Positions 34,660-47,581 of a stretch of DNA of 64,000 nt are shown piece by piece. How positions within the stretch are numbered: the stretch's first letter is position 1; every line of letters begins with the position of its first letter. The notes under the pieces were generated by a model. That model did not search any database, was not told the DNA's origin, and saw nothing but the letters and a program-made list of their open reading frames with translations. Source of the stretch: Zootoca vivipara (lineage: Eukaryota); the NCBI RefSeq assembly GCF_963506605.1, contig NC_083278.1, positions 4,526,001 to 4,590,000 on the forward strand, given 5' to 3'. The translations under genes and the position numbers were made by a program.

Positions 34660-35149
34660 TGATTGTAAGCCTCTGTGTCTTTAAAAAAAAACAATTGCAC
34701 TTTCTCTCACCAGTTTAAGTCCTCAGATATTTGCAGTGGCCACCCCCACCCCATTTATAATCCCCTACCTTCCCCTTGCCAATTCCTGGGTTTTTTATGG
34801 AACTGAACAACTCGGGTGCTTCAGAACGCGCCTTCTGTTGCCAGGCCCTACAGGGCCCGGTCCAGGTAGATAATGTGGCCCTGTTTTTAAACCTTTTGTT
34901 ACTTTTTTCATTTTACTCATTGTGAATATGCTGACCGAGGCCCCCTTTAGATTCGGAGGCCCGCGCCAAGTGGCCCATATGACCCCCCTCCTTCTGTCTG
35001 GGCCTGTCTGTTGCTACGGGGCTATGGGGCATCGCTATTTGACCCCCCCCCCCGGGTTGGGATTCTTTAAGTAGTTCTCTGTGTCCCAGGGCGCATCATC
35101 ACCCCCGATCCTTAATCTAAATATATAGAAATGTTCACGATGCATGCAC

Positions 35150-35440
35150 AGGGGCCAATGTATGGAGACACAAGGGGGAGGGGACAACAGAGGGCTCAGA
35201 CGAAAGTAAATACTGGGAAATGGAACCCAGAAACTGACAGCTCCTTCTCCAAGGCTGGGGGCCAATGTAGGAAGATACCGGGGGTAGGGGCCAACACTCC
35301 CCAGGGACAACAGAGGGTTTAGACAAAAGTGCATGCTGGGAAATAGAACCCAGAACCTAACAGTTCCTTTTCGAGGGTGGGGGCCAAGGTATGGAGATAC
35401 AGGGGGGAGGGGCCAACACTCCCCAGGGACAACAGAGGGA
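35150..35440. repeat. ~120-bp tandem repeat (about 2.5 units) inside the Helitron
   Basis: Recurring ggggccaa...gggacaacagaggg...aacccagaa units. Confidence 0.7.
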
Positions 35441-36215
35441 AGGGTATCCTACCGAAACACAGGGATGAGCCGGGGTGGAGGGAGGAGGGGCAGGATACGT
35501 CATGGATCGTGACAGGGTGGGTGGGGGTCACAGGAAAGAACCACAGTAACGCGTGGCCGGGTCAGCTAGTATTTTAATAGAACACTCCTAGCCCCAATGT
35601 AAGGTTCCTTGTAGTCTCTAGGGTGGTCTGGTGGAGAGTTGGACAACAGCTTTTCAGTACATCCACTTGAGACTTGTTGATCAAGAACTTGGACCGATGG
35701 CCATAGCTGCTATTCTTTTCTAACCCAAAAAGGTTCCTATCATTGCTCTGCATAATCATAAGGACCAAAGGTGGTGGTTCCTTTGGGATTCAGGCCACAT
35801 CATCTTTTCCCCCTGCCTTAGCAACAACAAAAAGTAGTTCTTTGTGCTCAAGTGGGTAGTGCTGGGTGAATTTTCCTATTATGCAAAGGTAATTTGCTGT
35901 TAAGTGCTACTCGCCTGCTCACTTGTAATGTGTAAGAATTGCTTTCTGGTGTACAGGTAGAGAGGCTTTTGCAAGTTGGATGAGAACAGGTCAGCTCTTG
36001 ATGTGCCACAAATATTTGTGAGCTATTAACTTTTGCTGTTTGAGTTGCAAGGCTTTGTTAGACTCCATCCTAATTTCCAAGAGTATTGTTCTGCATTTTG
36101 TCAACATAAGTAATATTTTAATCAAGAAAACAAAGGGAAAGTCTCTGCCAAGGCTAGTTGAATGTGAAGTATGCATATATGCAAGTTTTTCACTATTTTC
36201 TTCTTCTTTTTCTAG

Positions 36216-36313
36216 TGGATGACAGTGCCATTTTGGATTGTCAGTTCAGTGAATTTTATCACACTCCTCCAGCAGGGTTTGAAAAGATACTCTTTGAGCA
36301 ACAGATTTTCTGA
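36216..36313 (+). CDS. SPRYD7: SPRYD7 exon 5 (terminal)
   Basis: VDDSAILDCQFSEFYHTPPAGFEKILFEQQIF*; spliced CDS 621 nt = 206 aa. Confidence 0.95.
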
Positions 36314-38671
36314 ATGTTCCTACTGAGGATTTACTCCCTAGCACTTTCTACAAAACCTATTCTTTCAAAGCTTCACATTATTCCTAGGACACAAACTTGT
36401 ATTTAGTAATGTTTAGGTGCTTGGGGTGGACAACTGTATTACCAGGGAAGTATGTTGCAAGTGTTAGATTTGACTATGGTTTTGTAACATGGACAATATT
36501 TCCATTTGATGTAAAGGGATGCAGTCCACTACACTGTGATCCCTGCATACCCATGGTGACACTGTGCAATACATTAGTGTTCTATGCTGTTATGTTCTTA
36601 ACAAGTCTGAGAAACCACACAACAATTTATGAATTTAAATATTGTCCACAGCAGCTCACTATTTCACTACTGTCAGGTGTTTTATCTTATTTTCTAACGG
36701 GATTTTAATAACATGTTTAGTTCTGAGTGTTCTTGTGTTAAAAAAATTAGGGCAAAATGCCAACTATAATAAGCGAAGCCAACCTCTCCCTTAAAGTCTG
36801 CTTACTGGAACAAGCAACAGTGGTGAATAAATTATTTGATTTATAAATTGTTTCTTTGGAACTCTTTAATTATTTGGGGAGGTATTTCATTTACTTTCCC
36901 CCAGAAAATAATAAAAAAAATAGGTTGCTTTTTCTTCTGTTTTTGTGAATGTTTTAGGTTGATTTTCTGTGTACTCAGAATATCAAGAATTTTGTAAAGC
37001 TAATACCTGTACTATAAATCCAGCAATCTGAAGCATGTTGTACATGGACTGCTACATTAAACTAAATACTTTTTACCTCTGAGAAAGATTTATTGGGAAT
37101 AGTACAGCAGTTTTTTTTTAAAAAAAGTTTGTACTTCAACATAGTTGCCCCCCTTTCTCTGCTATTTTTTTATTTGCTAATTGTTGAAAATTATGTCTTT
37201 ACATTTCAGACCCTTGAATATATTATCTTAATTCTGTTTGCAAGTAGATTGAAACAGCTAATTGCTTTATTGTTACAGTTAACACATATGCCTACCCCGG
37301 CAGGTTTTTCAGCCTTATGAAGGAAATTATTTTGGATTCTTTATAATCCACTGATACTAGAAATACTTATTTTTCTGTGCTATTCTCCAGAGAAGGATCT
37401 TTTCACAGCTTTATTGGACTAGTGCTAGAAGCTATGTTTATGCCAAAGGCTTATTAATCCAATTCCTATCAATGGAGAAGATATTCAGAATTCCTACATT
37501 CTGCTTTTAGAAAGATGTTTGTGCAACTACTTTTGCCCACTACTTTTAAGATTCGGCATGTATTGCAAAAAAACCCCAAAACACAACTTTACATCAGCCA
37601 GACTTTTAAGAGCTTTACTTATAATGGTGCAGGAGCTTGAATTAAAATCAGTGTACATTGCCAAGGGGGGAAAACTTGCACTAAAGCTACTGAATATGTG
37701 TTGAGTGCTTGCCCCAATGAAGCATGTGCGGCAAATGCTATTCGCTGGTTTCCTAAGCCAGGAAGGTGTTTTCCCAGGGGACAAACATATATTTACATTT
37801 TGTGTATCTCCGCATCAACATCATGAATAGCCACGTTATGACCTTGGTACAGCAGCATTTTCTTGCTACTAGCTCCCAACACCTTCAAGACTGGGACAAG
37901 CTACAAACCAGGAGGGGGGTCCAGGTTGCTGATTTGCACATTTGAGATGCACCGTATATTTATTCACAGGTAGCTGAGACATGGGTGCCAACTCCCTGGG
38001 TGCCCAAGCACCCACAAAATTCCCCCTGAAGGGCCAGGCACCCATGGTTGCAGGGCCAAGCTGGCACTCACTCCTGCTAAGAGCACTTCAAGCATTAACT
38101 CTGAATGCTCAGCTGACCCATAAATTTGGGCTGGGCACAGAACAACTTTTCAGAATATCATGGGTTTTCTTAATGCTGCACATGATGTATGCACTCATCC
38201 CTAATGCATCTCTACTTTAAAAAAAATTATTTCAAAATCTTAAAAAACTTATTTGATAGGAAAGAGGTATAAAAAGAGTGTACACATCAAAGCAAAGCAA
38301 TGCCTCTATCAGAAAAAGTTGTCTCCATTCTAAAAAGGAAACACTAGCAGTACACCAAAATGAACAAGCTGGAATGTCGCCTGTCAAAACAAAATTTAAG
38401 AACCCAGCAATTCGGGATTAAGTACCACTGGTATACATATTCCGCTTCCACTAACCTTGTTAGCTGAACACTTTGAGGGCCAGGCAGAATCTTGCATGGG
38501 TATGGAGAGCCAAATGTTTTTACTGCCCCTCAATGCTTCCCCTTCCCCTTAAAATTGAGAGTGCAAATCAAATACATGCAAACAAAGTCAAGTGCACAGA
38601 GCAGAAAGCTCCAAGGAACACAGAGAGTACAGTAATCTCATAATTTACATGGTTACATTCCAGGGGGATTG

Positions 38672-38795
38672 TAAGGTTACCAGACATCCCTGTTTCCTGG
38701 GAGCAGTCCCCGGATTTGCAAATCAGTCCCCTGACAAAATCCATTGAAGTTGAAAAGTGTCCCGATTCATTGGGGGAAAAAACCTGGTAACCTTA
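38672..38795. mobile_element. Small hAT-like MITE
   Basis: TAAGGTTACCAG...CTGGTAACCTTA TIRs. Confidence 0.6.
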
Positions 38796-38999
38796 GCCTA
38801 AAGCCAATGTTGTGTTTGGTCAAAATACATTGGGTTCATTGGCGGGCAGGATTGCAGGGTCTCACCGGATTTTTGTTAAGTAAATAAAGTTCAATGTGCG
38901 CAAGTTGTGGGCTTGCTGTGTAGTACATATTTACAGGACACATTTTGGGGAATAGTGGCTTAGTTCTGGTATTTAACAACTTGACGACCGTCTTATTAG

Positions 39000-39300
39000 T
39001 TGTTAATCTGCTACAAAAGCAGCCACCTTTGGTGCCAAAATCAGGTCCTTGAAGAATTAAGGATGTGGACATCAAATAATTGCCATTTTGCTTTATGGTG
39101 GAAGTGAAATGCCAACATTGCTCCAAGACTTTGGTGAACCCAGATTGGCAGCTGTGAAATACTGGTAGGGGAGGTGTTATTTTCATCAGCAACTCTATTT
39201 AGTGAATAAAGCTCTCCAAAAACCAACAGGCTACTATTCTAAGCGCTTATGCACCAACACTGGATGCCGATGAAGACAAAGAAATTTTTTACTTTCAGCT
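39000..39300 (+). mobile_element. Old RTE-type LINE endonuclease fragment
   Basis: ATILSAYAPTLDADED peptide at ~39230-39280 typical of RTE APE domain. Confidence 0.5.
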
Positions 39301-39521
39301 GGATTTCATTTCACATATACTACGACTGAATGCAACCCTCTGCATCTTTTTTTTTTTAAAAAAAAACACCAACCATGCACTTTCTCTCCCCAGTTTAAGT
39401 CCTCGGATATTTGCAGTGCCCAATTCCCCCCCCTTGATTTACAATCCCCTACCTTCCCCTTGCCACGTCCTGGGTTTTTTATGGAACTGAACAACTCGGG
39501 TGCTTCAGAACGCGCCTTCTG

Positions 39522-39795
39522 CCCCACAAACAGTACTTCTGTCTTGTCAGGATTCAACCTCAACCTCAATCTGTTAGCCGCCATCCAGCCTCCAACCGCC
39601 TCCAGACACTCACACAGGACCTTCACCGCCTTCACTGGTTCTGATTTGAAAGAGAGGTAGAGCTGGGTATCATCCGCATACTGATGAACACCCAGCCCAA
39701 ACCCCCTGATGATCTCTCCCAGCAGCCGCATGTAAATGTTGAAAAGCATGGGGGAGAGGACAGAACCCTGAGGCACCCACAAGTGAGAGCCCAGG
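39522..39795 (-). mobile_element. L2-clade LINE RT fragment
   Basis: [16 protein letters not shown]...[10 protein letters not shown]...LNPDKTEVL. Confidence 0.85.
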
Positions 39796-40025
39796 GGCTT
39801 ATAGCTTGTAATCCATTGTTGTGTGGGATCTTGGTGTACTGGGATTCCACATCCATAGTGGCTAGTATAGTATTGTTAGGTAGATTGTTCAAAGACTGTA
39901 TTTTCCTCAGAAGGTCTGTGGCTAGGAGTACTGATGGCATATGCTTTCAGGTTCAGAACAGAGGCCATATATCCAGAAATACCCACTGTGATAGTGCCGA
40001 TACCTGAGATGACAGGGCGCCCTAA
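39796..40025 (-). mobile_element. Penelope-like RT fragment
   Basis: [32 protein letters not shown] and upstream GRPVISG motif. Confidence 0.75.
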
Positions 40026-40027
40026 GG

Positions 40028-40476
40028 CAGTGGTTTTCAGCCAGTGTGCCATGGCACTCTGGGGTGCCTTGAATGATGTTCAGGGGTGCTGTGGGCAACA
40101 TTAGACTCTGTCCCTCTTTCCTTCCCTCCTTCCTCTGATGCCCTCTTGCTTCTCTGCCTCCCAACAGCCTGCACAACTGTTTATTGCAGCAGCCCTGGCT
40201 ACAAGCTCCCCAGGCAAATGATGCCTCTCTTTGGGGCAGGGGGGCACCTCAGAGAGGCTGTTCACATAAATTGTTACATCCACATGTAACAAGAGGACCC
40301 CCAAGGAGGGGAGGAGAGAAGCCTCCACAAGGAAGGGTGTTTGAGAAGGTTTGAGGGGGTGCCAGTTCTGCAGGCAAGGGGTGACCTAAATGGGCTTTTG
40401 AGCCCCACGGGGGCCCTGCAGAAAGAAGGTAGGTAGTCAAGGGAGCCATGGACCCAACAAGGTTGAAAACCTCTGC
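40028..40476. mobile_element. hAT-Charlie-type non-autonomous element
   Basis: CAGTGGTTTTCAGCC...GGTTGAAAACCTCTG termini. Confidence 0.6.
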
Positions 40477-40781
40477 TCTATCACATAGCATAAAGACTGG
40501 CCAGAAACTGTGACTCCCTTGCCTTTCCAGGGCTTGTCCACAATGGAATTTAATGTGGATTTGAAGCTGATTAATAATTTTTGACAGCAGCAGCTTCACA
40601 ATAACCTCCATCCAAGTGGCAGCCTGCGCTCTCCCTGCCCCCCCCCCTAGGGATTTTCCAGATCCACAGCTAATACAACATGGGGATAAAATCCAGTGTT
40701 GAAGTGCATGTTTCCCAGGGGATGGTCTATTGCCACACCCTCTACTCCCATGTTATTTCCTTTAGTTTGATGGGAAGGATG

Positions 40782-43600
40782 TGTCATGTGACAAAGACGC
40801 ATGAGAGCAGGAACAGCAAAGCAGGCTAGAATCCCAACTGTCATAACTAACTGCCTCAACTGTCATTCTAGGCTCAACTGCCAGTTCCAGGCTGTGTGAC
40901 TAAACTGAACAGTCATGTTTATCTTTGTCTCAGAGTATGTGCCAGTATAGAGCTGAGTCTGTGTTCTGTAACTGTTTACTATTTTATGAAGAACTTTATT
41001 TTAAACTTAATAAAGCTTTTATTATTTAAATGAAGTACTCTGCTTAAATAATTCTCGCTGTGCGTCAGGTTATGGGCCCAGAGTTTGTCTTTGTCACATG
41101 GAAAAGCTGGATGAGAAGGCCGACCGGGGGAGTTCCAGTCGCTCTGTCTACCAGAGACCCAGATTCTCAGGAGGAGATGGGACCAAAGTACGCTCCACGG
41201 ATCATGCCATGTTGGCGAATAAATGTTTCCAGTGTAACAAATTTGAACACATGAAGAAAAATTGAAAATCCCAGCAAGAGCGAGTGGTTCATGTGAGACA
41301 GAAAAGTGGACGCATTTCGTCTCAGCCGCTGCAAGAAAAGAAAAGAACTTTTCCCCCAGACAGCTACATTTTGGACTCTGGTTCTTCCAGAATCATAATG
41401 AACAGCCCTGACTGTTTTACCTCAGCAAATTACCAAAAGGCAAGGACAGCATTTGTCTTGCTGATGGAATGCATTGCTCAATTTCAGGTATAGGTACGGT
41501 TTTTCGACCAGGTCTAGATGTAGAATTGAGTGATGTGTTGTTTGCTGAAAAATTAGAATTTTATTTAATGTCCATTTAATGTCTTAGAAAGGTTGGTTTT
41601 GCATTTATTTTTGTGGGTGATTCTTTAACTTTACCTAGTGTTTTATTAAGAAACAGGGAAAGGCGATTACTTCTACAAAAATGGTGGATGGTTTGTACTG
41701 TTTACAGAATTTTTTGTGATGGGGTCACAGAGAGATCTAAAACTGTAAAAAAAAAAGATGTGTTAATAACTGAGCTATGTCAGCAAAACTCTAACTGCCT
41801 ACATAAAAACTGCATTCATGTTCTACACAGAAAAATGGGGCATGCAAGTTTTAAATATATGGTGAACGTGCAAAAAAGGTAAAGGTTTAAAAGTTACCAG
41901 TGCAGCACCTACCTTGATTGTGCTATTTGCAAGCAAGCAAAATCAAAGTTGCAACCAATACCAGGTATAAGTGATAGAATTTCTACACATGTTCTGCAAA
42001 TTGTTCATTCTGATTTAATTGGTCCTTTTCCAGAGAGTGAGGGAGGCTCTAGATTCGGTCTGATTATTGTGGATGATAAAACAAGATATTCATGGCTATA
42101 TTTATTGAGAAACAAATCAGAATGTGCTGATGTTTTTAAGTCCTGGAAGGTATGGGCAGGAAAATGTTTTCAAAGGCCAGACATTCAACTCCAAAGTGAC
42201 CAAGGAGGCGAATATTTAAGTAATCATTTCCAGGCATGGCTTAAAAGCCATGGAATAACACATCACCTCACATGTCTAAATAGTCCTTGGCAAAATGGGC
42301 TTGCAGAAGGACATGGGGGCATTATACAAATCGTAAAGGACAGCTTGCTAACTGATGCTGGATTGCTCTTGGCTGAGTTTGACATCCAACAAATATCAGG
42401 ATAGTTGAAATCCCACATTATTCAGGGGTAAAATATGCAGAGAAGCAGATGGAAGTTTCTTAATATGCCAAGAACAAAAGATTAAAGATTTGCTTGAACA
42501 GCTAGAAATGCAGAATTGTAATGCTGTGCTATGACTGTAGATTTTCAAAAGACTGAAAGTGATGTTTTGTTTGATCAACCAGATTTATATCAATCAGTAA
42601 TAGGATCTCTTTTGTACCTGAGGTCAAGGCCTGATATTTCTTTTCATGTAGGTATTCTAAGTAGAAAAGTGAGTAAGCCTAGTTTAAATGATTGAGCTGC
42701 TGTTAAGCGAACTTTGAGATATTTGAAGGGTACACAGAATAAGTGTATAAAATTATCTGCATCCAATTCAAATGATTTACAGGTGTTTGTGGACAGTGAC
42801 TTCGCAAATTGTCCATCCATGAGAAAATCAACCAGCGGATTAGTGGTCATGTTTAGAAATTCACTAATTGGTTGGAAATCCAAAAAGCAAGGATTTGTTG
42901 CCACATTGACTTGAGAGGCAGAATTTTATGCATTATCTGATGCGTGTAACGAAGTCACATGGTACATCCAGGTATTACATGATTTGGGATATAAAGTACA
43001 GCAGCCTGTGACAATCTATGAGGATATTAAAGCTTGTATTGCAATCGCTAATTCAGGAAACACTTCAACACGTGCAAAACATGTAGCAATTACCGTAAGT
43101 TTTTCAATGTTAAAGATTATATACAACGTAATGTGATTAAAGTTAGTTTATTGTCAATCACATGATAATTGTCTGATTTATTTACAAAAGCGTTTCCTAG
43201 AGTACAACATGGTGATTGGATTGCAAAGCCGACTCTTGTAGACAAAAGTATATACTGTAAATAAGTTAGTTTTCCATGTTTATATTACTGCTCTCCAGGT
43301 CCTTGGGGGAGTGTCGTGACAAAGACGCATGAGAGCAGGAACAGCAAGGCAGGCTAGAAGAATCCCAACAGTCATAACTGTAACTACATCAACTGTCATT
43401 CTAGGCTTAACTGCCAATTCAAGGCTGTGTGACTAAACTGAACAGTCATGTTTATCTTTGTCTCAGAGTGTCTGCCAGTATAGAGCTGAGTCTGTGTTCT
43501 GTAACTGTTTACAATTTTATGAAGAACTTTATTTTAAACTTAATAAAGCTTTCATTATTTAAATGAGGTACTCTGCTTAATTAATTACCGCTGCGTGTAA
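40782..43600 (+). mobile_element. Ty1/Copia LTR retrotransposon, internally deleted and decayed
   Basis: LTRs 40782-41067 and 43312-43600; PBS GGTTATGGGCCCAG; PPT TTGGGGGAG; TSD ggatg/ggata; domain order zinc knuckle, protease (ILDSGSS), integrase (VHSDLIGP..VDD..SDQGGEY..QNGLAE), RT/RNaseH (VDSDFA..RKSTSG..WKSKKQ). Confidence 0.93.
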
Positions 43601-43608
43601 GGATAGGG

Positions 43609-43917
43609 AAAGGTAAAGGGGCCCCTGACCATCAGGTCCAGTCGTGTATGACTCTGGGGTTGCGGCGCTCATCTCGCTCTATAGGCTGAGGGAGCCAGCG
43701 TTTGTCCACAGACAGCTTCCAGGTCATGTGGCCAGCATGACTAAGCCGCTTCTGGCGAACCAGAGCAGCGCACGGAAACCGTTTACCTTCCCGCTGGAGC
43801 GGTCCCTATTTATCTACTGCTAGGTGGGCAGGAGCTGGGACCGAGCAACGGGAGCTCACCCCGTCACAGGGATTCGAACTGCCGACCTTCTGATCGGTTT
43901 AACCCACAGCGCCACCT
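43609..43917 (-). mobile_element. Sauria SINE
   Basis: (ACCTTT)n tail on minus, body gtggccagcatgactaagccgcttctggcgaac, head ggtggcgctgtgggttaaacc. Confidence 0.88.
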
Positions 43918-44099
43918 GGGGATACTATTTATTAAAACAGCTCGCCTGGCACACACATCTTTTGCGCGAATCTGGCACATAGTAAAACCTTTTATTTCAA
44001 GGTTGTTGGTTTTAAAAGAACATTAAAAAGCATGCATGCCTAGGTCAACAATTCCCTGGGTTCAGATGTCAGGTTTCCGGACCATATTGTGTGCAAGGA

Positions 44100-45400
44100 G
44101 TGAGCGAAGGGACAGCAGCGCACCGCCTCCCTGCCGCGGCCATCGCAGGGAGCGCAGGGGCGGGAGCGAGGACCCGGGCGAGTTACCGAGCGGCGGTGAT
44201 CTCGCTTGGCGCTCGCCTCGGAGCCCCGCGGAAAGGCCCTCCGGAGGCGGCGGCGGCGGAGCCTGACGTGCCAGCGCCGGACTTGGGCCACCTCCCTTCC
44301 GGCCTCCTTCAGGCCAAAGCAGCGCCGCGCCCGGGACTCCCTCGCGGGGCTGTCGGGGAAAGACACGCTCGGCTGCATGGGGGCCACTTCTGGACGGTTG
44401 TTTGCAACCGCCTCCTGTCCCTTGGCGCTGCTTTTCCCGGCCCTGAGCCCTCTTTCTCCCCGGGCGCCACGCCCTTCGAGGGGGCCGTCCGCTCCTGAGC
44501 AGCAGCGCCCAGGGGATCCCGGAAGCGAGGCCTTGACTCAATTCCGCTGCCGCTCTGGTCTTTCTCGCTCTTCGGTAGCCACCCTGCCGTCGGGACACGT
44601 CTGCGCAGGCGCCCAGGAAGCCCCGCCCTCTCGTCACTGGGCGTCACCCCCGTTGCCCCGCCCCTGCCCGCCTTCGCTCCCGCGCGCGTGCGCGCGCCGT
44701 CTCCGCCTCAGCCCGGAGCCTCTGCCGCCTTCATGGCTGACAACGCCGCCCCCGCGGCCGCCGGCCTGGAGAACCACCGCTTCAAGAGCTTCAAGAACAA
44801 GGGCCGAGACGTGGAGGTGGGTGCCGGCCGGCCGGGCCGGGAAAAGCCGCTCTGCGTAGGCCGCAGCCTGCCTCGTGGGGGGACGGGACGGGCGCCCCGC
44901 CGGAATCTCGCTTCTCCGGCCGCCTCCCTCCCTGCCTGCCTGCCTGCCTGCCTGCCTGCTTGCCGGGGCGGCGCTGCGCCCTTTGGCGGGACCCCCAGGC
45001 GCCTCCCCGGCGCCGGTGCCGAGGCTCCCTGAGGCGGAGGCCGGGCAGCGGGGTTGGCGGGGAACCCTTTGTGCTTCTGCGCCTCCCCCCCTCCCGTGGC
45101 GGCGGGGCTTTCTTCTTTCCCTCCCGGCGCCTGGCGCTGCCCTTTCTCCCTGTCGGCGCCGGAGACGGGACCGAGGGCTCGGCCGTGTCCCTCTGGCCCT
45201 CTTTGTCCTTCGCTGTCGTCTGGGACGCCGCCTCCGGGGCTTCAATGATCCCGGGGCGCGGGAAGTGGCGGCGCCTCTGGGGGCTTCCAGCCGCCGCCGC
45301 CGCCTCTGCGCCGCTTGGGGATCCTGACAGCCAGTTTGCACCTCCACGGATCTCTCCTCGAGCTCGGCCCCATCCTCCCTGGAACTTTGGACAAATGCAC
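44100..45400 (+). promoter_or_regulatory. CpG island promoter/first intron of KPNA3
   Basis: Very high CpG density around the KPNA3 start codon; ETS-like ccggaag ~44519, NRF1-like gcgcgtgcgc ~44684. Confidence 0.85.
44733..44816 (+). CDS. KPNA3: Importin subunit alpha (karyopherin alpha 3), exon 1
   Basis: MADNAAPAAAGLENHRFKSFKNKGRDVE; donor GAG|GTGGGT. Confidence 0.93.
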
Positions 45401-47581
45401 ACATGTCCTTTCCCATGTGTTGGTTTTGACAGGCGCCCCCCCTCTCTCTCAGAATAGCGGTGTTTACTCCTACCTGGGCTGTGGGTCAGTTAAGTGCCCA
45501 ATGAACCCAGATACAGTAATACAGTAACTGTATTTTGAAGACGGGTGATATTTACTGCCTCCAAATAGCAACGCACCCCCCCCCCCCCTGGTTGTCCATC
45601 ATCACCTACAAATGTGAAAGTGAAGAAGAACCCATTCCATCTCCCTGTTAAACACTCTATTTCCAATATGCAGGATTGGTAGGAGCTGACATTTAATGGG
45701 AACTCCTTTGTTTAGCCCTGTAGGCCTCCACCCAGCTGCAGGCTGGAATATCTCAATGTACCTGGAACTGAGTTTATAGAGACACAATGTATAATGAAAA
45801 AGATAATGGTTTACTTGCTTAGGCTGCCATTGTATGCATACGTACCATATAATTTAATGTGGGTTTTCTACTTTTAGTAAGAATGCAGAGCATTGTATTG
45901 TTAGTTTTGTGATTCTAAGTAGCAGCTAGTTTACAAGATGGTCACTTTGGTGAAGAGATGGAATAGTAACAACAGAATAGCTGACTATTGCCATAGATGT
46001 CAGTGCTTCCTCTCCAACCTGCCTTTGGGTTGTTAACGGTGGATCCAGTTGGCATGGAGCTCAGTTTGGTTGCTGGTTCTCCAGTTGCTGCTCCCTATAA
46101 AAGAGAAGCAATTGCAAGGGTACAGACACACTGTACTATTTCTTTAAATTATAGCAGATCAGTAGTGGTGTTTTTTCTTTGATAAATAGATGTAGTGTGG
46201 CCCAAAGGGAATATTTGCTTCTAAGCCAAGTGATATTGTGGGGAGGGGGGCCCTATTCCACCCTACAAGGGCTCTGGAGGGCCTAAATAAAGTCAATGTG
46301 GCTTTCACTGTGTTTTCAAATTGATTGCTATAATTGATAATGCCCTCAGAAAAGGGTATATATGCATATTATTTACTAAAATATTTATACCTGCCTTTGA
46401 TTTGAATCCCTAAGGCAGCCTTCCTCAATCTGTAGCTGTCCAGGTGTTATTGGACTCTTACCAGCCTCATCCAGCATGGCCAGTCTTCAGGGGTCATGGG
46501 CATTGTAGTCCAAACCATGTGGAGGGGCCTATGTTGGGAAAGGATGTCTTCCAAGATAATCCAGAAAGATGCCAGGGTTAATGATGCAAGATTGCCTAGA
46601 CGAGCAGGAGAACCAACGAGAACGCCCCTGTCCATTTTCTACTATTGATGTTAGCGGGGTTACCAAGGCACTCTTAGTTTATTGAAGCCAGACTGAACAG
46701 CATCTAGGCTATTTTGCTTTGCTTAGTGGTGAGTATCATAACACCATACATGTTTGAAGGCAAGAACTTGTAATAGTTCTCATGTGGTACTAGCAGAGTG
46801 CATTTCTAGTAGGCTTAAGTTCTTGCCTATTCTAAATCTCAAAAACCTAGTTCTTACAATCAGTAGATGAGATGGTAAGCTTATTCCTGGAAGGTCAGGC
46901 TATTGAAATGTATTGGACAGCAGCTGGAGTGTAGGTGGCATCAGGCACACAGTGAGGACAACCAGACACACTAGGGCACATAATTGTGATTTTTGCATGG
47001 TTATTTGGGTGGCAAGAAAGCTTGCTTTGCCGCCTCAATTACATGCTCAAATTCTAGGCAAGTTTTTCCAACTGATGGGAGGATTGTTCTATATCTCAAC
47101 AAATGGGATGATCAAACCCTTGAAAGCCCATTGTGATACATTTACTGGGCCCTTTGATAACATTGGTTGCCTTCATAGGAACTTGAACACCGTGGTTGTG
47201 ACAGGTCCAAATAATGTGATAAACATATCAGCTTGTCCAGTTCCAGCTTGGTGATGTGTACAAGGTACTTAAATGACTTGCCCAAATGAAAACATGCCCC
47301 TTTGACCCTTGCCCATCTTGACCATTTCAAACTAGCTGAGGGGAGCTGACAAGGTGTTTTCACAATATGGCCAATGCTCTTTTAAGGTATGGAGAAAGAG
47401 GTGGGAGTGCATCCACTCCTAAAGAAATGTGACTTGGACCCTGTGGGTTTTTTGACAACTACTAACTTCATAGGATGGGTACTTGCGAGGTGGCCGCTCT
47501 TACATGACATAAGATCAAAGGCATGTAAGACTCCTTAGAGGTTCTGATGGTTAAGCAGCATATAAATCCTGTTCATAAATA

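Larger units (their letters stand above)
33190..35569 (+). mobile_element. Non-autonomous composite Helitron
   Basis: Host A|TCTATATATAAAA 5' end (after removing the nested MITE); 3' CCACagtaacgcGTGG hairpin then CTAG|T; no TSD. Confidence 0.7.

Noticed and set aside
35150-35440. Repeat-spacer-like pattern (CRISPR-like)
   Set aside because: Eukaryotic tandem repeat with homologous rather than unique spacers; no cas genes
44036-45457. Many long ORFs around KPNA3 exon 1
   Set aside because: CpG-island artefacts with low-complexity Arg/Pro/Gly translations
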